Below, one piece after another: positions 19,746 through 39,116 of a DNA stretch of 64,000 nt (position 1 is its first letter; each line of letters opens with the position of its first letter). The notes beneath the pieces were generated by a model that was not told the DNA's origin, did not search any database, and saw nothing but the letters and a program-made list of their open reading frames with translations. A program made the position numbers and the translations under genes. Origin of the DNA: the human T2T-CHM13v2.0 reference genome, Homo sapiens; assembly GCF_009914755.1 (NCBI RefSeq), contig NC_060948.1; one strand, 5' to 3'.

Positions 19746-21850
19746 AGATCCATACTTTTTAAATGAAAAAAAATTTCAAAGGTACTCTGCTTGGTACAAT
19801 AATCAAATGTATAAACTGAGGAATAAAACATAACCATGAAACCTACTTATAATTGCATATGGAAAATACAGAGGATAATTTTTTAAATAACGTATTTTGA
19901 AAGCCTTAACTAGTAATTTGAAGAGTTGGCATTTGAAAGGCCAGTATGAATATACCTTCAAAGCAGCAACACAGGTTCCCCATGAGAAAAAGCAAACTCA
20001 GGGAAAATAAAAACACAAAGGTTCAATCTCTTCTGACCTTTGAAAGACACAGCACAGACAGTGGTCCTTAGGACGAAGAGCAGGAGACCCCTAATTCCGT
20101 CACCATGGGGATAGGGCATAAACATTGCTGGGTGAGGGCACAATCCACATTGTGAGGTCCAACTGCTGCCAGGAAGACAGGCGTGCTTTTACATAGACCG
20201 AAAGGTCATTGAAGGCTCAGAGTTTTGTTTCAAGAACTGAATCCCAAGCCCACACGTTATTAGGCTGCGCTTCTTAAAACAAGTTATGAGATGGGAAAAA
20301 GGGCACCCACAAACATACGTATACATTATGTATATAATAATATACAGTGTCATATATATAATATACATAACCTATGTATAATATTGTTTTACATCCTGCA
20401 TCTTATGTTATATATATTGTATAAAATATAATTATTGATAATATATAAGTTTTATAATTATGCTACATGACATATAGTATATATTATAATTTATGACATA
20501 TATAATATATGTTATATATCATATATAGAATATATTATACGGTTAATATACGTATTAAATATAAATTATACATTATATATATTATATATAATATATCTGT
20601 TATATATAATACCCATTATGCATAATATATATATTATGTATATGTTATATATAGTATAAAACAACATATAATAATATATAATTGTATATATAAAATGCGA
20701 CATATAATATATATTATATTTTATAACATATGTAATATATATTATATATTATATATAATACGTTGTATGTATAATACCTATATTAAATATATATTATATG
20801 ACTATATTATTAATTACATGTCACATGTGTTATATATTATATATTTTACATAGAATATACCGGTTACATACAATATATACTATGTTACCTATAATGTATA
20901 ATTTATTACATGTAAAATAAAGAATGCAATATATTATGTATAATTTATAATATACCATATGTGGAATGTGATATATATAACATATAATATATGATATATG
21001 ATATACAGTATATGATATATAACATACAATATATGATTCCAAATATATATGGTATACAATATATATTTTATGATATGTATTCTATATGTTTTATATTCTG
21101 TTATATATAACTATTTGAAATTATATATAACTGTATAATATTTTATGTAAATATGTAATGTAATATATATAACTATATAATATATTATATATAACTATAT
21201 ATTATGTTATATATACTTTTATAACATAATTTACATAAAATATCATAATATAATATATATTATATTATTTCATATTACATAATATATATTACATATCACC
21301 CAATATAACTAACATACATAATATTATAATATAGATTATATTGTGTTATATTAAATATCATATATATCATGTATCATATATTCTATAATATATATTACAC
21401 ATTATATAATATGTATGTTGTCTATTATGTGATATATATAACTATATATATAATTATATTTTTATACATATAACTAGATAAACATGTAATTCTACATATT
21501 TTCATTTATAATATGTAGAATTATATAATCATATATAATTATTTATATTCTATAAAAAATTTTATCATTATATAAATTATAATATATAAAAATTATAATA
21601 TGTACTACAAATATATATATTATATATCATATATGATATAGTACCTTTGTTATATATCATAATACATATAAATGTGTATTATGTTATCTATAATTATATA
21701 ATTTCATATATAAGATGTATAATATGTATCATATATTATATATGTTATGTAATATATATAGTATATATAAGATGACACAGGATAAATATTATATACTATG
21801 ACATATAAAATATATGAGGTTATATGTTACATATAAGGCATAGCACATAA

Positions 21851-22165
<315 letters not shown>

Positions 22166-24270
22166 AGATCCATACTTTTTAAATGAAAAAAAATTTCAAA
22201 GGTACTCTGCTTGGTACAATAATCAAATGTATAAACTGAGGAATAAAACATAACCATGAAACGTACTTATAACTGCATATGGAAAATACAGAGGATAATT
22301 TTTTAAATAACATATTTTGAAAGCCTTAACTAGTAATTTGAAGAGTTGGCATTTGAAAGGCCAGTATGAATATACCTTCAAAGCAGCAACACAGGTTCCC
22401 CATGAGAAAAAGCAAACTCAGGGAAAATAAAAACACAAAGGTTCAATCTCTTCTGACCTTTGAAAGACACAGCACAGACAGTGGTCCTTAGGACGAAGAG
22501 CAGGAGACCCCTAATTCCGTCACCATGGCGATAGGGCATAAACATTGCTGGGTGAGGGCACAATCCACATTGTGAGGTCCAACTGCTGCCAGGAAGACAG
22601 GAGTGCTTTTACATAGACCGAAAGGTCATTGAAGGCTCAGAGTTTTGTTTCAAGAACTGAATCCCAAGCCCACACGTTATTAGGCTGCGCTTCTTAAAAC
22701 AAGTTATGAGATGGGAAAAAGGGCACCCACAAACATACGTATACATTATGTATATAATAATATACAGTGTCATATATATAATATATATAACCTATGTATA
22801 ATATTGTTTTACATCCTGCATCTTATGTTATATATATTGTATAAAATATAATTATTGATAATATATAAGTTTTATAATTATACTATATGACATATAGTAT
22901 ATATTATAATTTATGACATATATAATATATGTTATATATCATATATAGAATATATTATACGGTTAATATACGTATTAAATATAAATTATACATTATATAT
23001 AATATATATAATATATCTGTTATATATAATACCCATTATGCATAATATATATATTATGTCTATGTTATATATAGTATAAAACAACATATGATAATATATA
23101 ATTGTATATATAAAATGCGACATATAATATATATTATATTTTATAACATATGTAATATATATTATATATTATATATAATACGTTGTATGTATAATACCTA
23201 TATTAAATATATATTATATGACTATGTTATTAATTACATGTCACATGTGTTATATATTATATATTTTACATAGAATATACCGGTTACATACAATATATAC
23301 TATGTTACCTATAATGTATAATTTATTACATGTAAAATAAAGAATGCAATATATTATGTAAAATTTATAACATACAATATGTGGAATGTGATATATATAA
23401 CATATAATATATGATATATGATATACAATATATGATATATAACATACAATATATGATTCCTAATATATATGGTATACAATATATATTTTATGATATGAAT
23501 TCTCTATGTTTTATATTCTGTTATATATAACTATTTGAAATTATATATAACTGTATAATATTTTATTTAAATATGTAATATAATATATATAACTATATAA
23601 TATATTATATATAACTATATATTATGTTATATATACTTTTATAACATAATTTACATAAAATATCATAATATAATATATATTATATTATTTCATATTACAT
23701 AATATATATTACATATCACCCAATATAACTAACATACATAATATTATAATATAGATTATATTGTGTTATATTAAATATCATATATATCATGTATCATATA
23801 TTCTATAATATATATTACACATTATATAATATGTATGTTGTCTATTATGTGATATATATAACTATATATATAATTATATTTTTATACATATAACTAGATA
23901 AACATGTAATTCTACATATTTTCATTTATAATATGTAGAATTATATAATCATATATAATTATTTATATTCTATAAAAAATTTTATCATTATATAAATTAT
24001 AATATATAAAAATTATAATATGTACTACAAATATATATATTATATATCATATATGATATAGTACCTTTGTTATATATCATAATACATATAAATGTGTATT
24101 ATGTTATCTATAATTATATAATTTCATATATAAGATGTATAATATGTATCATATATTATATATGTTATGTAATATATATAGTATATATAAGATGACACAG
24201 GATAAATATTATATACTATGACATATAAAATATATGAGGTTATATGTTACATATAAGGCATAGCACATAA

Positions 24271-24585
<315 letters not shown>

Positions 24586-26692
24586 AGATCCATACTTTTT
24601 AAATGAAAAAAAATTTCAAAGGTACTCTGCTTGGTACAATAATCAAATGTATACACTGAGGAATAAAACATAACCATGAAACCTACTTATAACTGCATAT
24701 GGAAAATACAGAGGATAATTTTTTAAATAACATATTTTGAAAGCCTTAACTAGTAATTTGAAGAGTTGGCATTTGAAAGGCCAGTATGAATATACCTTCA
24801 AAGCAGCAACACAGGTTCCCCATGAGAAAAAGCAAACTCAGGGAAAATAAAAACACAAAGGTTCAATCTCTTCTGACCTTTGAAAGACACAGCACAGACA
24901 GTGGTCCTTAGGACGAAGAGCAGGAGACCCCTAATTCCGTCACCATGGCGATAGGGCATAAACATTGCTGGGTGAGGGCACAATCCACATTGTGAGGTCC
25001 AACTGCTGCCAGGAAGACAGGAGTGCTTTTACATAGACCGAAAGGTCATTGAAGGCTCAGAGTTTTGTTTCAAGAACTGAATCCCAAGCCCACACGTTAT
25101 TAGGCTGCGCTTCTTAAAACAAGTTATGAGATGGGAAAAAGGGCACCCACAAACATACGTATACGTTATGTATATAATAATATACAGTGTCATATATATA
25201 ATATATATAACCTATGTATAATATTGTTTTACATCCTGCATCTTATGTTATATATATTGTATAAAATATAATAATTGATAATATATAAGTTTTATAATTA
25301 TACTATATGACATATCGTATATATTATATTTTATGACATATATAATATATGTTATATATCATATATAGAATATATTATACGGTTAATATACGTATTAAAT
25401 ATAAATTATACATTATATATATTATATATAATATATCTGTTATATATAATACCCATTATGCATAATATATATATTATGTCTTTGTTATATATAGTATAAA
25501 ACAAGATATAATAATATATAATTGTATATATAAAATGCGACATATAATATATATTATATTTTATAACATATGTAATATATATTATATATTATATATAATA
25601 CGTTGTATGTATAATACCTATATTAAATATATATTATATGACTATGTTATTAATTACATGTCACATGTGTTATATATTATATATTTTACATAGAATATAC
25701 CGGTTACATACAATATATACTATGTTACCTGTAATGTATAATTTATTACATGTAAAATAAAGAATGCAATATATTATGTAAAATTTATAACATACAATAT
25801 GTGGAATGTGATATATATAACATATAATATATGATATATGATATACAATATATGATATATAACATACAATATATGATTCCTAATATATATGGTATACAAT
25901 ATATATTTTATGATATGTATTCTCTATGTTTTATATTTTGTTATATATAACTATTTGAAATTATATATAACTGTCTAATATTTTATTTAAATATGTAATA
26001 TAATATATATAACTATATAATATATTATATATAACTATATATTATGTTATATATACTTTTATAACATAATTTACATAAAATATCATAATATAATATATAT
26101 TATATTATTTCATATTACATAATATATATTACATATCTCCCAATATAACTAACATACATAATATTATAATATAGATTATATTGTGTTATATTAAATATCA
26201 TATATATCATGTATCTTATATTCTATAATATATATTACACATTATATAATATGTATGTTGTCTATTATGTGATATATATAACTCTATATATAATTATATT
26301 TTTATACATATAACTAGATAAACATGTAATTCTACATATTTTCATTTATAATATGTAGAATTATATAATCATATATAATTATTTATATTCTATAAAAAAT
26401 TTTATCATTATATAAATTATAATATATAAAAATTATAATATGTACTACAAATATATATATATTATATATCATATATGATATAGTACCTTTGTTATATATC
26501 ATAATACATATAAATGTGTATTATGTTATCTATAATTATATAATTTCATATATAAGATGTATAATATGTATCATATATTATATATGTTATGTAATATATA
26601 TAGTATATATAAGATGACACAGGATAAATATTATATACTATGACATATAAAATATATGAGGTTATATGTTACATATAAGGCATAGCACATAA

Positions 26693-27007
<315 letters not shown>

Positions 27008-29114
27008 AGATCCATACTTTTTAAATGAAAAAAAATTTCAAAGGTACTCTGCTTGGTACAATAATCAAATGTATAAACTGAGGAATAAAACATAACCATG
27101 AAACCTACTTATAACTGCATATGGAAAATACAGAGGATAATTTTTTAAATAACATATTTTGAAAGCCTTAACTAGTAATTTGAAGAGTTGGCATTTGAAA
27201 GGCCAGTATGAATATACCTTCAAAGCAGCAACACAGGTTCCCCATGAGAAAAAGCAAACTCAGGGAAAATAAAAACACAAAGGTTCAATCTCTTCTGACC
27301 TTTGAAAGACACAGCACAGACAGTGGTCCTTAGGACGAAGAGCAGGAGACCCATAATTCCGTCACCATGGCGATAGGGCATAAACATTGCTGGGTGAGGG
27401 CACAATCCACATTGTGAGGTCCAACTGCTGCCAGGAAGACAGGCGTGCTTTTACATAGACCGAAAGGTCATTGAAGGCTCAGAGTTTTGTTTCAAGAACT
27501 GAATCCCAAGCCCACACGTTATTAGGCTGCGCTTCTTAAAACAAGTTATGAGATGGGAAAAAGGGCACCCACAAACATACGTATACATTATGTATATAAT
27601 AATATACAGTGTCATATATATAATATACATAACCTATGTATAATATTGTTTTACATCCTGCATCTTATGTTATATATATTGTATAAAATATAATTATTGA
27701 TAATATATAAGTTTTATAATTATGCTACATGACATATAGTATATATTATAATTTATGACATATATAATATATGTTATATATCATATATAGAATATATTAT
27801 ACGGTTAATATACGTATTAAATATAAATTATACATTATATATATTATATATAATATATCTGTTATATATAATACCCATTATGCATAATATATATATTATG
27901 TATATGTTATATATAGTATAAAACAACATATAATAATATATAATTGTATATATAAAATGCGACATATAATATATATTATATTTTATAACATATGTAATAT
28001 ATATTATATATTATATATAATACGTTGTATGTATAATACCTATATTAAATATATATTATATGACTATGTTATTAATTACATGTCACATGTGTTATATATT
28101 ATATATTTTACATAGAATATACCGGTTACATACAATATATACTATGTTACCTATAATGTATAATTTATTACATGTAAAATAAAGAATGCAATATATTATG
28201 TATAATTTATAATATACCATATGTGGAATGTGATATATATAACATATAATATATGATATATGATATACAGTATATGATATATAACATACAATATATGATT
28301 CCTAATATATATGGTATACAATATATATTTTATGATATGTATTCTATATGTTTTATATTCTGTTATATATAACTATTTGAAATTATATATAACTGTATAA
28401 TATTTTATGTAAATATGTAATGTAATATATATAACTATATAATATATTATATATAACTATATATTATGTTATATATACTTTTATAACATAATTTACATAA
28501 AATATCATAATATAATATATATTATATTATTTCATATTACATAATATATATTACATATCACCCAATATAACTAACATACATAATATTATAATATAGATTA
28601 TATTGTGTTATATTAAATATCATATATATCATGTATCATATATTCTATAATATATATTACACATTATATAATATGTATGTTGTCTATTATGTGATATATA
28701 TAACTCTATATATAATTATATTTTTATACATATAACTAGATAAACATGTAATTCTACATATTTTCATTTATAATATGTAGAATTATATAATCATATATAA
28801 TTATTTATATTCTATAAAAAATTTTATCATTATAGAAATTATAATATATAAAAATTATAATATGTACTACGAATATATATATATTATATATCACATATGA
28901 TATAGTACCTTTGTTATATATCATAATACATATAAATGTGTATTATGTTATCTATAATTATATAATTTCATATATAAGATGTATAATATGTATCATATAT
29001 TATATATGTTATGTAATATATATAGTATATATAAGATGACACAGGATAAATATTATATACTATGACATATAAAATATATGAGGTTATATGTTACATATAA
29101 GGCATAGCACATAA

Positions 29115-29429
<315 letters not shown>

Positions 29430-31536
29430 AGATCCATACTTTTTAAATGAAAAAAAATTTCAAAGGTACTCTGCTTGGTACAATAATCAAATGTATAAAC
29501 TGAGGAATAAAACATAACCATGAAACCTACTTATAACTGCATACGGAAAATACAGAGGATAATTTTTTAAATAATATATTTTGAAAGCCTTAACTAGTAA
29601 TTTGAAGAGTTGGCATTTGAAAGGCCAGTATGAATATACCTTCAAAGCAGCAACACAGGTTCCCCATGAGAAAAAGCAAACTCAGGGAAAATAAAAACAC
29701 AAAGGTTCAATCTCTTCTGACCTTTGAAAGACACAGCACAGACAGTGGTCCTTAGGACGAAGAGCAGGAGACCCATAATTCCGTCACCATGGCGATAGGG
29801 CATAAACATTGCTGGGTGAGGGCACAATCCACATTGTGAGGTCCAACTGCTGCCAGGAAGACAGGCGTGCTTTTACATAGACCGAAAGGTCATTGAAGGC
29901 TCAGAGTTTTGTTTCAAGAACTGAATCCCAAGCCCACACGTTATTAGGCTGCGCTTCTTAAAACAAGCTATGAGATGGGAAAAAGGGCACCCACAAACAT
30001 ACGTATACATTATGTATATAATAATATACAGTGTCATATATATAATATACATAACCTATGTATAATATTGTTTTACATCCTGCATCTTATGTTATATATA
30101 TTGTATAAAATATAATTATTGATAATATATAAGTTTTATAATTATGCTACATGACATATAGTATATATTATAATTTATGACATATATAATATATGTTATA
30201 TATCATATATAGAATATATTATACGGTTAATATACGTATTAAATATAAATTATACATTATATATATTATATATAATATATCTGTTATATATAATACCCAT
30301 TATGCATAATATATATATTATGTATATGTTATATATAGTATAAAACAACATATAATAATATATAATTGTATATATAAAATGCGACATATAATATATATTA
30401 TATTTTATAACATATGTAATATATATTATATATTATATATAATACGTTGTATGTATAATACCTATATTAAATATATATTATATGACTATGTTATTAATTA
30501 CATGTCACATGTGTTATATATTATATATTTTACATAGAATATACCGGTTACATACAATATATACTATGTTACCTATAATGTATAATTTATTACATGTAAA
30601 ATAAAGAATGCAATATATTATGTATAATTTATAATATACCATATGTGGAATGTGATATATATAACATATAATATATGATATATGATATACAGTATATGAT
30701 ATATAACATACAATATATGATTCCTAATATATATGGTATACAATATATATTTTATGATATGTATTCTATATGTTTTATATTCTGTTATATATAACTATTT
30801 GAAATTATATATAACTGTATAATATTTTATGTAAATATGTAATGTAATATATATAACTATATAATATATTATATATAACTATATATTATGTTATATATAC
30901 TTTTATAACATAATTTACATAAAATATCATAATATAATATATATTATATTATTTCATATTACATAATATATATTACATATCACCCAATATAACTAACATA
31001 CATAATATTATAATATAGATTATATTGTGTTATATTAAATATCATATATATCATGTATCATATATTCTATAATATATATTACACATTATATAATATGTAT
31101 GTTGTCTATTATGTGATATATATAACTCTATATATAATTATATTTTTATACATATAACTAGATAAACATGTAATTCTACATATTTTCATTTATAATATGT
31201 AGAATTATATAATCATATATAATTATTTATATTCTATAAAAAATTTTATCATTATATAAATTATAATATATAAAAATTATAATATGTACTACAAATATAT
31301 ATATATTATATATCATATATGATATAGTACCTTTGTTATATATCATAATACATATAAATGTGTATTATGTTATCTATAATTATATAATTTCATATATAAG
31401 ATGTATAATATGTATCATATATTATATATGTTATGTAATATATATAGTATATATAAGATGACACAGGATAAATATTATATACTATGACATATAAAATATA
31501 TGAGGTTATATGTTACATATAAGGCATAGCACATAA

Positions 31537-31851
<315 letters not shown>

Positions 31852-33957
31852 AGATCCATACTTTTTAAATGAAAAAAAATTTCAAAGGTACTCTGCTTGG
31901 TACAATAATCAAATGTATAAACTGAGGAATAAAACATAACCATGAAACCTACTTATAACTGCATATGGAAAATACAGAGGATAATTTTTTAAATAACATA
32001 TTTTGAAAGCCTTAACTAGTAATTTGAAGAGTTGGCATTTGAAAGGCCAGTATGAATATACCTTCAAAGCAGCAACACAGGTTCCCCATGAGAAAAAGCA
32101 AACTCAGGGAAAATAAAAACACAAAGGTTCAATCTCTTCTGACCTTTGAAAGACACAGCACAGACAGTGGTCCTTAGGACGAAGAGCAGGAGACCCATAA
32201 TTCCGTCACCATGGCGATAGGGCATAAACATTGCTGGGTGAGGGCACAATCCACATTGTGAGGTCCAACTGCTGCCAGGAAGACAGGCGTGCTTTTACAT
32301 AGACCGAAAGGTCATTGAAGGCTCAGAGTTTTGTTTCAAGAACTGAATCCCAAGCCCACACGTTATTAGGCTGCGCTTCTTAAAACAAGTTATGAGATGG
32401 GAAAAAGGGCACCCACAAACTTACGTATACATTATGTATATAATAATATACAGTGTCATATATATAATATACATAACCTATGTATAATATTGTTTTACAT
32501 CCTGCATCTTATGTTATATATATTGTATAAAATATAATTATTGATAATATATAAGCTTTATAATTATGCTACATGACATATAGTATATATTATAATTTAT
32601 GACATATATAATATATGTTATATATCATATATAGAATATATTATACGGTTAATATACGTATTAAATATAAATTATACATTATATATATTATATATAATAT
32701 ATCTGTTATATATAATACCCATTATGCATAATATATATATTATGTCTATGTTATATATAGTATAAAACAACATATAATAATATATAATTGTATATATAAA
32801 ATGCGACATATAATATATATTATATTTTATAACATATGTAATATATATTATATATTATATATAATACGTTGTATGTATAATACCTATATTAAATATATAT
32901 TATATGACTATGTTATTAATTACATGTCACATGTGTTATATATTATATATTTTACATAGAATATACCAGTTACATACAATATATACTATGTTACCTATAA
33001 TGTATAATTTATTACATGTAAAATAAAGAATGCAATATATTATGTATAATTTATAATATACAATATGTGGAATGTGATATATATAACATATAATATATGA
33101 TATATGATATACAGTATATGATATATAACATACAATATATGATTCCTAATATATATGGTATACAATATATATTTTATGATATGTATTCTATATGTTTTAT
33201 ATTCTGTTATATATAACTATTTGAAATTATATATAACTGTATAATATTTTATGTAAATATGTAATGTAATATATATAACTATATAATATATTATATATAA
33301 CTATATATTATGTTATATATACTTTTATAACATAATTTACATAAAATATCATAATATAATATATATTATATTATTTCATATTACATAATATATATTACAT
33401 ATCACCCAATATAACTAACATACATAATATTATAATATAGATTATATTGTGTTATATTAAATATCATATATATCATGTATCATATATTCTATAATATATA
33501 TTACACATTATATAATATGTATGTTGTCTATTATGTGATATATATAACTCTATATATAATTATATTTTTATACATATAACTAGATAAACATGTAATTCTA
33601 CATATTTTCATTTATAATATGTAGAATTATATAATCATATATAATTATTTATATTCTATAAAAATTTTATCATTATATAAATTATAATATATAAAAATTA
33701 TAATATGTACTACGAATATATATATATTATATATCATATATGATATAGTACCTTTGTTATATATCATAATACATATAAATGTGTATTATGTTATCTATAA
33801 TTATATAATTTCATATATAAGATGTATAATATGTATCATATATTATATCTGTTATGTAATATATATAGTATATATAAGATGACACAGGATAAATATTATA
33901 TACTATGACATATAAAATATATGAGGTTATATGTTACATATAAGGCATAGCACATAA

Positions 33958-34272
<315 letters not shown>

Positions 34273-36379
34273 AGATCCATACTTTTTAAATGAAAAAAAA
34301 TTTCAAAGGTACTCTGCTTGGTACAATAATCAAATGTATAAACTGAGGAATAAAACATAACCATGAAACCTACTTATAACTGCATATGGAAAATACAGAG
34401 GATAATTTTTTAAATAACATATTTTGAAAGCCTTAACTAGTAATTTGAAGAGTTGGCATTTGAAAGGCCAGTATGAATATACCTTCAAAGCAGCAACACA
34501 GGTTCCCCATGAGAAAAAGCAAACTCAGGGAAAATAAAAACACAAAGGTTCAATCTCTTCTGACCTTTGAAAGACACAGCACAGACAGTGGTCCTTAGGA
34601 CGAAGAGCAGGAGACCCCTAATTCCGTCACCATGGCGATAGGGCATAAACATTGCTGGGTGAGGGCACAATCCACATTGTGAGGTCCAACTGCTGCCAGG
34701 AAGACAGGCGTGCTTTTACATAGACCGAAAGGTCATTGAAGGCTCAGAGTTTTGTTTCAAGAACTGAATCCCAAGCCCACACGTTATTAGGCTGCGCTTC
34801 TTAAAACAAGTTATGAGATGGGAAAAAGGGCACCCACAAACATACGTATACATTATGTATATAATAATATACAGTGTCATATATATAATATATATAACCT
34901 ATGTATAATATTGTTTTACATCCTGCATCTTATGTTATATATATTGTATAAAATATAATTATTGATAATATATAAGTTTTATAATTATGCTACATGACAT
35001 ATAGTATATATTATAATTTATGACATATATAATATATGTTATATATCATATATAGAATATATTATACGGTTAATATACGTATTAAATATAAATTATACAT
35101 TATATATATTATATATAATATATCTGTTATATATAATACCCATTATGCATAATATATATATTATGTATATGTTATATATAGTATAAAACAACATATAATA
35201 ATATATAATTGTATATATAAAATGCGACATATAATATATATTATATTTTATAACATATGTAATATATATTATATATTATATATAATACGTTGTATGTATA
35301 ATACCTATATTAAATATATATTATATGACTATGTTATTAATTACATGTCACATGTGTTATATATTATATATTTTACATAGAATATACCGGTTACATACAA
35401 TATATACTATGTTACCTATAATGTATAATTTATTACATGTAAAATAAAGAATGCAATATATTATGTATAATTTATAATATACCATATGTGGAATGTGATA
35501 TATATAACATATAATATATGATATATGATATACAGTATATGATATATAACATACAATATATGATTCCTAATATATATGGTATACAATATATATTTTATGA
35601 TATGTATTCTATATGTTTTATATTCTGTTATATATAACTATTTGAAATTATATATAACTGTATAATATTTTATGTAAATATGTAATGTAATATATATAAC
35701 TATATAATATATTATATATAACTATATATTATGTTATATATACTTTTATAACATAATTTACATAAAATATCATAATATAATATATATTATATTATTTCAT
35801 ATTACATAATATATATTACATATCACCCAATATAACTAACATACATAATATTATAATATAGATTATATTGTGTTATATTAAATATCATATATATCATGTA
35901 TCATATATTCTATAATATATATTACACATTATATAATATGTATGTTGTCTATTATGTGATATATATAACTCTATATATAATTATATTTTTATACATATAA
36001 CTAGATAAACATGTAATTCTACATATTTTCATTTATAATATGTAGAATTATATAATCATATATAATTATTTATATTCTATAAAAAATTTTATCATTATAT
36101 AAATTATAATATATAAAAATTATAATATGTACTACAAATATATATATATTATATATCATATATGATATAGTACCTTTGTTATATATCATAATACATATAA
36201 ATGTGTATTATGTTATCTATAATTATATAATTTCATATATAAGATGTATAATATGTATCATATATTATATATGTTATGTAATATATATAGTATATATAAG
36301 ATGACACAGGATAAATATTATATACTATGACATATAAAATATATGAGGTTATATGTTACATATAAGGCATAGCACATAA

Positions 36380-36694
<315 letters not shown>

Positions 36695-38801
36695 AGATCC
36701 ATACTTTTTAAATGAAAAAAAATTTCAAAGGTACTCTGCTTGGTACAATAATCAAATGTATAAACTGAGGAATAAAACATAACCATGAAACCTACTTATA
36801 ACTGCATATGGAAAATACAGAGGATAATTTTTTAAATAACATATTTTGAAAGCCTTAACTAGTAATTTGAAGAGTTGGCATTTGAAAGGCCAGTATGAAT
36901 ATACCTTCAAAGCAGCAACACAGGTTCCCCATGAGAAAAAGCAAACTCAGGGAAAATAAAAACACAAAGGTTCAATCTCTTCTGACCTTTGAAAGACACA
37001 GCACAGACAGTGGTCCTTAGGACGAAGAGCAGGAGACCCCTAATTCCGTCACCATGGCGATAGGGCATAAACATTGCTGGGTGAGGGCACAATCCACATT
37101 GTGAGGTCCAACTGCTGCCAGGAAGACAGGCGTGCTTTTACATAGACCGAAAGGTCATTGAAGGCTCAGAGTTTTGTTTCAAGAACTGAATCCCAAGCCC
37201 ACACGTTATTAGGCTGCGCTTCTTAAAACAAGTTATGAGATGGGAAAAAGGGCACCCACAAACATACGTATACATTATGTATATAATAATATACAGTGTC
37301 ATATATATAATATATATAACCTATGTATAATATTGTTTTACATCCTGCATCTTATGTTATATATATTGTATAAAATATAATTATTGATAATATATAAGTT
37401 TTATAATTATGCTACATGACATATAGTATATATTATAATTTATGACATATATAATATATGTTATATATCATATATAGAATATATTATACGGTTAATATAC
37501 GTATTAAATATAAATTATACATTATATATATTATATATAATATATCTGTTATATATAATACCCATTATGCATAATATATATATTATGTATATGTTATATA
37601 TAGTATAAAACAACATATAATAATATATAATTGTATATATAAAATGCGACATATAATATATATTATATTTTATAACATATGTAATATATATTATATATTA
37701 TATATAATACGTTGTATGTATAATACCTATATTAAATATATATTATATGACTATGTTATTAATTACATGTCACATGTGTTATATATTATATATTTTACAT
37801 AGAATATACCGGTTACATACAATATATACTATGTTACCTATAATGTATAATTTATTACATGTAAAATAAAGAATGCAATATATTATGTATAATTTATAAT
37901 ATACCATATGTGGAATGTGATATATATAATATATAATATATGATATATGATATACAGTATATGATATATAACATACAATATATGATTCCTAATATATATG
38001 GTATACAATATATATTTTATGATATGTATTCTATATGTTTTATATTCTGTTATATATAACTATTTGAAATTATATATAACTGTATAATATTTTATGTAAA
38101 TATGTAATGTAATATATATAACTATATAATATATTATATATAACTATATATTATGTTATATATACTTTTATAACATAATTTACATAAAATATCATAATAT
38201 AATATATATTATATTATTTCATATTACATAATATATATTACATATCACCCAATATAACTAACATACATAATATTATAATATAGATTATATTGTGTTATAT
38301 TAAATATCATATATATCATGTATCATATATTCTATAATATATATTACACATTATATAATATGTATGTTGTCTATTATGTGATATATATAACTCTATATAT
38401 AATTATATTTTTATACATATAACTAGATAAACATGTAATTCTACATATTTTCATTTATAATATGTAGAATTATATAATCATATATAATTATTTATATTCT
38501 ATAAAAAATTTTATCATTATATAAATTATAATATATAAATATTATAATATGTACTACAAATATATATATATTATATATCATATATGATATAGTACCTTTG
38601 TTATATATCATAATACATATAAATGTGTATTATGTTATCTATAATTATATAATTTCATATATAAGATGTATAATATGTATCATATATTATATATGTTATG
38701 TAATATATATAGTATATATAAGATGACACAGGATAAATATTATATACTATGACATATAAAATATATGAGGTTATATGTTACATATAAGGCATAGCACATA
38801 A

Positions 38802-39116
<315 letters not shown>

